From positions 9,052,001-9,116,000 of the forward strand of contig NW_027361917.1 of the NCBI RefSeq assembly GCF_039654945.1: DNA of 64,000 bases, given 5' to 3'. Below, in pieces: positions 53,184 to 64,000 of the stretch; the first letter of the stretch is position 1, and each line of letters opens with the position of its first letter. The translations under genes and the position numbers were made by a program. Below the pieces are notes generated by a model. It was not told the DNA's origin, ran no database searches, and was given only the letters and a program-made list of their open reading frames with translations. The stretch comes from Dendrobates tinctorius (lineage: Eukaryota).

Positions 53184-53513
53184 AGGTACTGTCACACTTA
53201 GGTACTTCAGGATCGATGGTGCATCGCTAAGTGGTCGCTAGTGAGCTGCCACACAGGCAGATCTCACCAGCGACATCGCATGGGTCGGGGGTCGCTACTT
53301 ACCTGTCAGACGCGGCGATCCTGACGTCCTCCCGCCCGCGCCACAGGAAGCTGACAACGAGAAACGGTCCAGGACGTTCTTGCGCGATCAGCGATAATCA
53401 GCGGGGGAGCCGGTCGGAGGTAAGTATCACACATAGCGATATCGCTAGCAATATCGCTGCTACGTCACAAAACCAGTGACGTTATAGCGATATCGCTTAT
53501 TGTGACAGGGCCT
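53184..53513. mobile_element. Harbinger-type MITE (duplicate at 58683-59012)
   Basis: TAA TSD, AGG..CTGTCACA / TGTGACAGGGCCT termini, and AGCGATATCGCT motifs. Confidence 0.8.
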
Positions 53514-55997
53514 TAAAACTGCATTGTTTCACTAGTTACCATGAAATCTTGTGCAAAAAAAGCTGCATTTATCATAGTATAATCGTATAAACTGATAACT
53601 ACTAGATAAGTGCTCTACGTAGCTTTCTTTAAAGCACACCTACACGATCTTGTAACTGGCGAGACCTCATAGCTTTACTCTGTATGCACCAGGGGGTTGT
53701 GAAATGACTGGTTATGCTGGTAGATTCTTGCCCAGAATTTCAGAACTGATCCATGTAGGAAGTTGGGTCATTTACATAATGCTCATGTGACCTATAAAAC
53801 ATTAGCCTGGTGCAGTAGTCAAAAATATATAGGCAGAAAGGTAAAATCAGATATATCTATTTTTAATTAACACTATATCAGAACAAACCCTTCTTATAAA
53901 CAGTTGGATTGCATTCAGAAACAATTTATGTGAAAATCTTGACTGGAAAACATGCCTGAGAGATCTGGTAGAAGCACACTGCACAATTACGGTACAGGAC
54001 ACTTACTACTCCGGATTACCTTGATATTGTGTAAGGAAGCAGAAAAATAGAGAGCTATAGCATGGTATGACAGAGAGTATTGACTTTTTGTGAAAGAGTC
54101 ATGGAAGAGCACAGGCATACACACTAAAAGGGGCAACAAGCTGAGTGGTTTCACCAGTCTTAAATGGAACAACAGTTTGACTTCAACAGATGTAGATAGT
54201 TGATACTTGCAATAATTGGTTTACATTTGTGACACTTGGCTGGCATGTGACAACTTGTTGACATATGTGACAGTCTGCTGGCAGTCTCTGCAGCAGCCTC
54301 TCCATCACTGCGACAGTCTCTTTTCTATCTTAGCAGCTCATCATACACTTAAAATTGATTCCACCTCCTTTCATGGTCACTTTTATGTTGCAGAAATCTT
54401 CGACATTAGCTTGTCTAGCCCTTTGCAGGACTTTGCGTCACACACTGGCATGAGTCTCCTAGATGTCTTTTGCCTCTTTAATCTCAGACATCAGTTTCCA
54501 GATACCTTTGGTGTGCCTGCTCCTTCACCTTCAGAGATGTTTTTTCTATGCGCCCCTAAGGCACTCTTCACTTTATGTTTTTGCAATGCATTCACCTGAA
54601 TTCACCTAAAATAAGGATTATGATGAGCTCCCAACAGGGCCAAAGACTGCTATGACACAAACAGATTTCAAATTAACTCTGCTTATGCCTTTTTTCTTTA
54701 AGTGTTATTTCAGACTGGCACAAAACCGTAGCAGACAGCGTCTATGTGCTCATCTGACAAGATGGACACTATACAGATATTTTCGTCAGAAATAAGCCTC
54801 TATGTACCCTCTGCCTTAGCAATTCTTGGCCTCTACTTTTGGCAACTGTCTTGTGTGCAGATGGGCTTGTCTCCTCCACCTAAAGCTCAGACTGGGACTT
54901 TTTCTTGTTTCTTAGTTGTCCTATTTGTGCCCTGGAGTAGAACGGAATGTCAGCAAATGCTTACTCGCCTGTGCTGCTAACTACCTAATGGTACTATAGC
55001 TTCTCAGGACAACCTGCTGCTGTGTCTGTGTGTCTGACTGTAAGTGTGGTACTAAAGCAACACTGGAAGCAAACATGTGGCAGATATAACACAACTTTGC
55101 TTGAAGTGAAATGTGTACTAAACAGTGACACAAGATCTGTCACTGCCCCATCCAGCAAAGTGTCCACCATACATCTAGTATAAGCAGCTAGGAACTGGAA
55201 CAATAAAGGAACGTCATATCCTAAATATAACACTTAACAACAGAAAACAAGTTTCATAGATACTAGAAAGGACTGCAGTTATATACTAATGGTATTTTTA
55301 CCCTTCATGCACTCCACCCTGTTTGTTCATTGTAGATCTCTACAATGCTGCCGTTAGATTGGATACCCAGTTGGCTTTACTAGGCCTGCAGTAGGGCCAC
55401 TTAAATTATTCATCTTTGGACCTTATTCAGATGGTGAAAAAGCTGCTTGGGGTGATTCTTTACAATTCATCTGTTATGCACAAACACATTTTGTTGTTGT
55501 TTAATATCTCTTTGTGTATATACTACTACTGCACAAATCATAGAACCTTCATTTTTGGGCTATTCCTCCCAGATACTGTAGCTGCTCTTGGATTGCAGTA
55601 GCTGCTCTGACAATGCCAGTTGTCTGAGCAATTTATCCATTGGATTGTGGACAGCGGGAAAAATTACAGATCTATTATCCACGCTCTTTGGACTATATTT
55701 CCAACAGATTCAAGTTGGGTAGACTGGCATTTCTGCTCAGTGACAGCGTCACATCCGAAATCACACAATGGCTGCCTGTTACATGTCTCTCCTTGTTCCC
55801 CACATTCAGTCTGAAAACCCTCTTTTTTGCAGAATTCAATTGCCTCAATGCTAGAGAGGACCAGATCGATTTGTAGGACGCTAATCCAGTGTCCAGGTCA
55901 GTGATACATGTCAGCTAGATAGGAGGACTGAAAATCTCTTAACTTCTGGCTTCCTCAGTGGGTCATTTGATTTGATGGGGCTGGCGCAGCATAATCT

Positions 55998-56896
55998 GTG
56001 TGATGTGATGTACAGATGGAGTATCACTTGTCTCAGCTAATCAAAACTGCACTGGGAACATTGGAACGTAAGAGATTCGCAGGCCTCCCGTCGAGCTGCT
56101 GTAGGGAGATGGACCTGGTTAGTGGTAACTCTCTCGTATCAGGGCAGGAACTATTGGGGCTGTCACCATTGTTGCCAGGTGGAGCACTTTCTGACCTGGA
56201 CAGACCTTTTCACTCGACTACAGGGGCGGGTCTGACATAAAAGGGATGGAGCGCACCAAAACAGGGACTTTGGTGGGAAGTCAGTGTGCGCAGCAGGAGA
56301 AGGTTGACTCACTCTCCACAGCGCAACACCAGGAGAACAGGTCGCTTTTCTGACAGACGACACACGCGCAGCCAGACTGCGACAGCACGTCACTGTGGGC
56401 TCTCTCACCTCCAATAATGGGGAGATGTCCTATACTGTACCGTTGACTGTCCACGGTGCGCGCTGTGGGCCTGACCTGGGTAAGCACTCAGAGACTGCCA
56501 GGATATTCCCAGTGTCCGCCGCTGACCTCCATCCTAAATCAGCGTCACAGACACCTCCTCTACGGACACTTCGCCCCGGTCTCGCAAGTCTACGCCTAGG
56601 AGAGAAAGGATACGTTATGGCTGTCAGGAGACAGTGCCACAGATTCCTCCGGGACTAGGCCAGAGACTTCACGCGTCTCCTACGACGCCACCGCGGGATC
56701 TCCCAGCCTCCATCCTTTGGAAACACCAGACTGATAAGTTTACCTGTTATTTGAACAATTATTCTTGTCTTGAACTTTAATCCCCTATACCTCCCTTATT
56801 CTCTCCCTGCATGGAGCATTCCCTCTATTAAACACCAGTTAACTCTTGATTTGCCTCCTGCTCATCACTGCATCCCGCATTCCTGCTTAACCTTAC
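55998..56896 (+). mobile_element. Possible solo LTR (duplicate at ~61497-62395)
   Basis: TGT...TTACA ends, CpG-rich interior, CATAAAAG TATA-like site and ATTAAA. No clean TSD. Confidence 0.4.
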
Positions 56897-57395
56897 ACTG
56901 CCACTGACTTGAACCCCAGACCGGAGTCCTGCATATCAAACTCTACTCAATGCCTTTGTAAGTAACTTTGGAAAAGTAAAATTTAAGTGAAACTTTTCTT
57001 CTTAAAATCTGTTTTAAAGGATTACACTTGATGAATAAATTAAATTGGTCATGCTGCAGGCCATCTGCATGCACAAGACTAATGGCACCTTTCTTTTGGT
57101 GTCTCTGCATTAACTTCTGCAGTGTCAGTGCAAATTTCAGCAATATTTCCTCTTCATATTTACACCTTGAGAAGTTTCCTCTTCAGTCAGGCAGATGAGT
57201 TGTATCCATATAAACAGTCTAAATAGTATAATACATCACACAGGCTTTTTCATATCTCTTCAGGACCCAGCAGCGTAGCTCTCCGTGCCTACCCTTCTAG
57301 AAGCAGTATGGCCAAATCAACTTTATTAGCCTGTGAGTCCCAATACATGCAATCCGCACATTTTATTTATCTCTGCCTACTCTGTCAGAGGCATG

Positions 57396-57999
57396 TGTCA
57401 TGCTGGGTGAAGGATAAGTAAGTACACAACAATGAGAAGAGGGAAGGGGGAGCCCAAACACTAGGGCAGTGGGGAGTGGAGATCCTTAGGCAGATATAAA
57501 ATTACCCTGTCTGCCCTAAACGTCCCTATATAGGTTCTGCACCTATCGCTGAGCAGTAGCCTAGTCCCTGTCTGACCCTAGCGATAGGCGCTGGTTAGGG
57601 AGAGGATGGGGTGAGCACTAGTCAGTCCCCACTACAACTAAACAACTAAAGACAGAAAGGGTAGGCATACAAGGAAACATTTAGCTTGAAGACGACTGAG
57701 ATGTCATGCCAGCAATCCTCCAAGAATCTTCTGAGAAGGTACAAACCGACTTTTAGTACTTCCAACTGAACAGAGACAAGAGCTAGCACCAGCAACATGC
57801 TGCAGACACAGAATGAATATAAACCGTTAGCAAAGGTGTCTAATTAGCAGAAGGTGGAGGTAATCGTTGGGTCCTAAAGGGAGAGGCATATTGCAACATA
57901 ACAGAGATAAAAAATCAAGAAGATGCTTGAGCTAATTGCAAAGACCTTCTACAGCCGGATCCAGGATGAGTGTCAGTCACCCCTGACACACCCATAACA
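57396..57999. mobile_element. Solo LTR (duplicate at 62895-63498)
   Basis: TGTCATG...CATAACA termini with a perfect 5-bp TSD GCATG. Confidence 0.85.
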
Positions 58000-60900
58000 G
58001 CATGTTTGAACCAATGTATTTAGGCTTGTAGTTATGTGCTTGCCATCATAGGGAATAACATTGTAGGTAAGCATGGTCACCATATTCATATATAATAAGG
58101 GGGCATGAGAATGCTTGCAAAATTCTGCAGGCTTGCCTTCCTGCTAACTCCAGTCATGGCTTCATTGACCTAACAATTGTCACAAACTTGTCACAAATAG
58201 GTAGCTTCGACGTGACGTAAAAGTAATAAATTTGCATAAATCAAGTATCACATATGATGGTGGTACCAAGCCCATATAGCATGACATAACATGACATATC
58301 CATACAACAACATTATCACAAAATGTGCACAATAGAAATATAGTGTAGGTAAGAATATTGTTTTCCACCATATCAGGTCAATGAAAACTGATTACAAACA
58401 ATAAAAGAAATAATAGTCTTGAAAATGACAGTGAGATGGCAGGTATGAACAGTCTAGCTAAGTGATAGGAACAGGCACCTCCTTATATCTTTTTCTTTTC
58501 AAATGGTGGTAGTGGTCTCTTTTATTATCACTGATTGCTGCATTTAAGACGTTAATAAAGATAATTTTCAAGCACAGTATTTTTTACATGGTGAATCAAT
58601 TGTTTTGTTATTTCTGTATAGATAATGTTTATAAAACTGTGATTCCATTTTCATATAACCTCCCCGATGCCCCATAGCGTAAAGGTACTGTCACACTTAG
58701 GTACTTCAGGATCGATGGTGCATCGCTAAGTGGTCGCTAGTGAGCTGCCACACAGGCAGATCTCACCAGCGACATCGCAGGGGTCGGGGGTCGTTACTTA
58801 CCTGTCAGACGCGGCGATCCTGACGTCCTCCCGCCCGCGCCACAGGAAGCTGACAACGAGAAACGGTCCAGGACGTTCTTGCGCGATCAGCGATAATCAG
58901 CGGGGGAGCCGGTCGGAGGTAAGTATCACACATAGCGATATCGCTAGCAATATCGCTGCTACGTCACAAAACCAGTGACGTTATAGCGATATCGCTTATT
59001 GTGACAGGGCCTTAAAACTGCATTGTTTCACTAGTTACCATGAAATCTTGTGCAAAAAAAGCTGCATTTATCATAGTATAATCGTATAAACTGATAACTA
59101 CTAGATAAGTGCTCTACGTAGCTTTCTTTAAAGCACACCTACACGATCTTGTAACTGGCGAGACCTCATAGCTTTACTCTGTATGCACCAGGGGGTTGTG
59201 AAATGACTGGTTATGCTGGTAGATTCTTGCCCAGAATTTCAGAACTGATCCATGTAGGAAGTTGGGTCATTTACATAATGCTCATGTGACCTATAAAACA
59301 TTAGCCTGGTGCAGTAGTCAAAAATATATAGGCAGAAAGGTAAAATCAGATATATCTATTTTTAATTAACACTATATCAGAACAAACCCTTCTTATAAAC
59401 AGTTGGATTGCATTCAGAAACAATTTATGTGAAAATCTTGACTGGAAAACATGCCTGAGAGATCTGGTAGAAGCACACTGCACAATTACGGTACAGGACA
59501 CTTACTACTCCGGATTACCTTGATATTGTGTAAGGAAGCAGAAAAATAGAGAGCTATAGCATGGTATGACAGAGAGTATTGACTTTTTGTGAAAGAGTCA
59601 TGGAAGAGCACAGGCATACACACTAAAAGGGGCAACAAGCTGAGTGGTTTCACCAGTCTTAAATGGAACAACAGTTTGACTTCAACAGATGTAGATAGTT
59701 GATACTTGCAATAATTGGTTTACATTTGTGACACTTGGCTGGCATGTGACAACTTGTTGACATATGTGCCAGTCTGCTGGCAGTCTCTGCAGCAGCCTCT
59801 CCATCACTGCGACAGTCTCTTTTCTATCTTAGCAGCTCATCATACACTTAAAATTGATTCCACCTCCTTTCATGGTCACTTTTATGTTGCAGAAATCTTC
59901 GACATTAGCTTGTCTAGCCCTTTGCAGGACTTTGCGTCACACACTGGCATGAGTCTCCTAGATGTCTTTTGCCTCTTTAATCTCAGACATCAGTTTCCAG
60001 ATACCTTTGGTGTGCCTGCTCCTTCACCTTCAGAGATGTTTTTTCTATGCGCCCCTAAGGCACTCTTCACTTTATGTTTTTGCAATGCATTCACCTGAAT
60101 TCACCTAAAATAAGGATTATGATGAGCTCCCAACAGGGCCAAAGACTGCTATGACACAAACAGATTTCAAATTAACTCTGCTTATGCCTTTTTTCTTTAA
60201 GTGTTATTTCAGACTGGCACAAAACCGTAGCAGACAGCATCTATGTGCTCATCTGACAAGATGGACACTATACAGATATTTTCGTCAGAAATAAGCCTCT
60301 ATGTACCCTCTGCCTTAGCAATTCTTGGCCTCCACTTTTGGCAACTGTCTTGTGTGCAGATGGGCTTGTCTCCTCCACCTAAAGCTCAGACTGGGACTTT
60401 TTCTTGTTTCTTAGTTGTCCTATTTGTGCCCTCGAGTAGAACGGAATGTCAGCAAATGCTTACTCGCCTGTGCTGCTAACTACCTAATGGTACTATAGCT
60501 TCTCAGGACAACCTGCTGCTGTGTCTGTGTGTCTGACTGTAAGTGTGGTACTAAAGCAACACTGGAAGCAAACATGTGGCAGATATAACACAACTTTGCT
60601 TGAAGTGAAATGTGTACTAAACAGTGACACAAGATCTGTCACTGCCCCATCCAGCAAAGTGTCCACCATACATCTAGTATAAGCAGCTAGGAACTGGAAC
60701 AATAAAGGAACGTCATATCCTAAATATAACACTTAACAACAGAAAACAAGTTTCATAGATACTAGAAAGGACTGCAGTTATATACTAATGGTATTTTTAC
60801 CCTTCATGCACTCCACCCTGTTTGTTCATTGTAGATCTCTACAATGCTGCAGTTAGATTGGATACCCAGTTGGCTTTACTAGGCCTGCAGTAGGGCCACT

Positions 60901-63900
60901 TAAATTATTCATCTTTGGACCTTATTCAGATGGTGAAAAAGCTGCTTGGGGTGATTCTTTACAATTCATCTGTTATGCACAAACACATTTTGTTGTTGTT
61001 TAATATCTCTTTGTGTATATACTACTACTGCACAAATCACAGAACCTTCATTTTTGGGCTATTCCTCCCAGATACTGTAGCTGCTCTTGGATTGCAGTAG
61101 CTGCTCTGACAATGCCAGTTGTCTGAGCAATTTATCCATTGGATTGTGGACAGCGGGAAAAATTACAGATCTATTATCCACGCTCTTTGGACTATATTTC
61201 CAACAGATTCAAGTTGGGTAGACTGGCATTTCTGCTCAGTGACAGCGTCACATCCGAAATCACACAATGGCTGCCTGTTACATGCCTCTCCTTGTTCCCC
61301 ACATTCAGTCTGAAAACCCTCTTTTTTGCAGAATTCAATTGCCTCAATGCTAGAGAGGACCAGATCGATTTGTAGGACGCTAATCCCGTGTCCAGGTCAG
61401 TGATACATGTCAGCTAGATAGGAGGACTGAAAATCTCTTAACTTCTGGCTTCCTCAGTGGGGCATTTGATTTGATGGGGCTGGCGCAGCATAATCTGTGT
61501 GATGTGATGTACAGATGGAGTATCACTTGTCTCAGCTAATCAAAACTGCACTGGGAACATTGGAACGTAAGAGATTCGCAGGCCTCCCGTCGAGCTGCTG
61601 TAGGGAGATGGACCTGGTTAGTGGTAACTCTCTCGTATCAGGGCAGGAACTATTGGGGCTGTCACCATTGTTGCCAGGTGGAGCACTTTCTGACCTGGAC
61701 AGACCTTTTCACTCGACTACAGGGGCGGGTCTGACATAAAAGGGATGGAGCGCACCAAAACAGGGACTTTGGTGGGAAGTCAGTGTGCGCAGCAGGAGAA
61801 GGTTGACTCACTCTCCACAGCGCAACACCAGGAGAACAGGTCGCTTTTCTGACAGACGACACACGCGCAGCCAGACTGCGACAGCACGTCACTGTGGGCT
61901 CTCTCACCTCCAATAATGGGGAGATGTCCTATACTGTACCGTTGACTGTCCACGGTGCGCGCTGTGGGCCTGACCTGGGTAAGCACTCAGAGACTGCCAG
62001 GATATTCCCAGTGTCCGCCGCTGACCTCCATCCTAAATCAGCGTCACAGACACCTCCTCTACGGACACTTCGCCCCGGTCTCGCAAGTCTACGCCTAGGA
62101 GAGAAAGGATACGTTATGGCTGTCAGGAGACAGTGCCACAGATTCCTCCGGGACTAGGCCAGAGACTTCACGCGTCTCCTACGACGCCACCGCGGGATCT
62201 CCCAGCCTCCATCCTTTGGAAACACCAGACTGATAAGTTTACCTGTTATTTGAACAATTATTCTTGTCTTGAACTTTAATCCCCTATACCTCCCTTATTC
62301 TCTCCCTGCATGGAGCATTCCCTGTATTAAACACCAGTTAACTCTTGATTTGCCTCCTGCTCATCACTGCATCCCGCATTCCTGCTTAACCTTACACTGC
62401 CACTGACTTGAACCCCAGACCGGAGTCCTGCATATCAAACTCTACTCAATGCCTTTGTAAGTAACTTTGGAAAAGTAAAATTTAAGTGAAACTTTTCTTC
62501 TTAAAATCTGTTTTAAAGGATTACACTTGATGAATAAATTAAATTGGTCATGATGCAGGCCATCTGCATGCACAAGACTAATGGCACCTTTCTTTTAGTG
62601 TCTCTGCATTAACTTCTGCAGTGTCAGTGCAAATTTCAGCAATATTTCCTCTTCATATTTACACCTTGAGAAGTTTCCTCTTCAGTCAGGCAGATGAGTT
62701 GTATCCATATAAACAGTCTAAATAGTATAATACATCACACAGGCTTTTTCATATCTCTTCAGGACCCAGCAGCGTAGCTCTCCGTGCCTACCCTTCTAGA
62801 AGCAGTATGGCCAAATCAACTTTATTAGCCTGTGAGTCCCAATACATGCAATCCGCACATTTTATTTATCTCTGCCTACTCTGTCAGAGGCATGTGTCAT
62901 GCTGGGTGAAGGATAAGTAAGTACACAACAATGAGAAGAGGGAAGGGGGAGCCCAAACACTAGGGCAGTGGGGAGTGGAGATCCTTAGGCAGATATAAAA
63001 TTACCCTGTCTGCCCTAAACATCCCTATATAGGTTCTGCACCTATCGCTGAGCAGTAGCCTAGTCCCTGTCTGACCCTAGCGATAGGCGCTGGTTAGGGA
63101 GAGGATGGGGTGAGCACTAGTCAGTCCCCACTACAACTAAACAACTAAAGACAGAAAGGGTAGGCATACAAGGAAACATTTAGCTTGAAGACGACTGAGA
63201 TGTCATGCCAGCAATCCTCCAAGAATCTTCTGAGAAGGTACCAACCGACTTTTAGTACTTCCAACTGAACAGAGACAAGAGCTAGCACCAGCAACATGCT
63301 GCAGACACAGAATGAATATAAACCGTTAGCAAAGGTGTCTAATTAGCAGAAGGTGGAGGTAATCGTTGGGTCCTAAAGGGAGAGGCATATTGCAACACAA
63401 CAGAGATAAAAAATCAAGAAGATGCTTGAGCTAATTGCAAAGACCTTCTACAGCCGGATCCAGGATGAGTGTCAGTCACCCCTGACACACCCATAACAGC
63501 ATGTTTGAACCAATGTATTTAGGCTTGTAGTTATGTGCTTGCCATCATAGGGAATAACATTGTAGGTAAGCATGGTCACCATATTCATATATAATAAGGG
63601 GGCATGAGAATGCTTGCAAAATTCTGCAGGCTTGCCTTCCTGCTAACTCCAGTCATGGCTTCATTGACCTAACAATTGTCACAAATTTGTCACAAATAGG
63701 TAGCTTCGACGTGACGTAAAAGTAAATAATAAATTTGCATAAATCAAGTATCACATATGATGGTGGTACTAAGCCCATATAGCATGACATAACATGACAT
63801 ATCCATACAACAACATTATCACAAAATGTGCACAATAGAAATATAGTGTAGGTAAGAATATTGTTTTCCACCATATCAGGTCAATGAAAACTGATTACAA

Positions 63901-64000
63901 ACAATAAAATAAATAATAGTCTTGAAAATGACAGTGAGGTGGTCCATGTAATGTTTCAACTTGTTTTGGAAGAAGGTGACAGATTCATTTTTAACTAAGC

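Larger units (their letters stand above)
52938..63938. repeat. Tandem duplication of two ~5.5-kb units (52938-58436 and 58437-63938)
   Basis: ORF-track entries and sequence repeat with an offset of 5499. The units differ only by scattered SNPs and one 4-bp indel. Confidence 0.97.

Noticed and set aside
53231-63874. Paired identical short ORFs suggesting a gene cluster
   Set aside because: They result from the 5.5-kb duplication, and none has a recognisable domain.

Overview
This window is repeat-dense vertebrate DNA, most likely from an anuran amphibian judging by the TE families. It is intronic or intergenic, and I found no intact host protein-coding gene. Retroelements: a decayed L1 (minus strand, running off the left edge), a near full-length L2 LINE with a 2A-like motif, CR1 3' fragments, a 5'-truncated Penelope element with hammerhead-like motifs, a full-length but defective chromodomain-bearing Tf1/sushi-type Gypsy element, and several solo LTRs. 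DNA elements: Tc1 copies or fragments from four families, many Harbinger-, hAT- and TTAA-type MITEs, and a non-autonomous Helitron. The right end holds a near-identical tandem duplication with a period of about 5.5 kb (52938-63938). The most unusual feature is three intronless fragments of the host gene AP3D1 (AP-3 delta adaptin, N-terminal region), each joined by microhomology to terminal-inverted-repeat (TIR) sequence of one Tc1 family. Two fragments sit as an inverted pair that replaces about 17 bp of a TIR and ends in the Tc1 terminus CCCACTG-TA. The third follows a second TIR end and was later split by the Gypsy insertion. This looks like capture of mRNA-derived sequence at DNA-transposon ends. 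All family assignments come from motif recognition by eye; no database searches were run.
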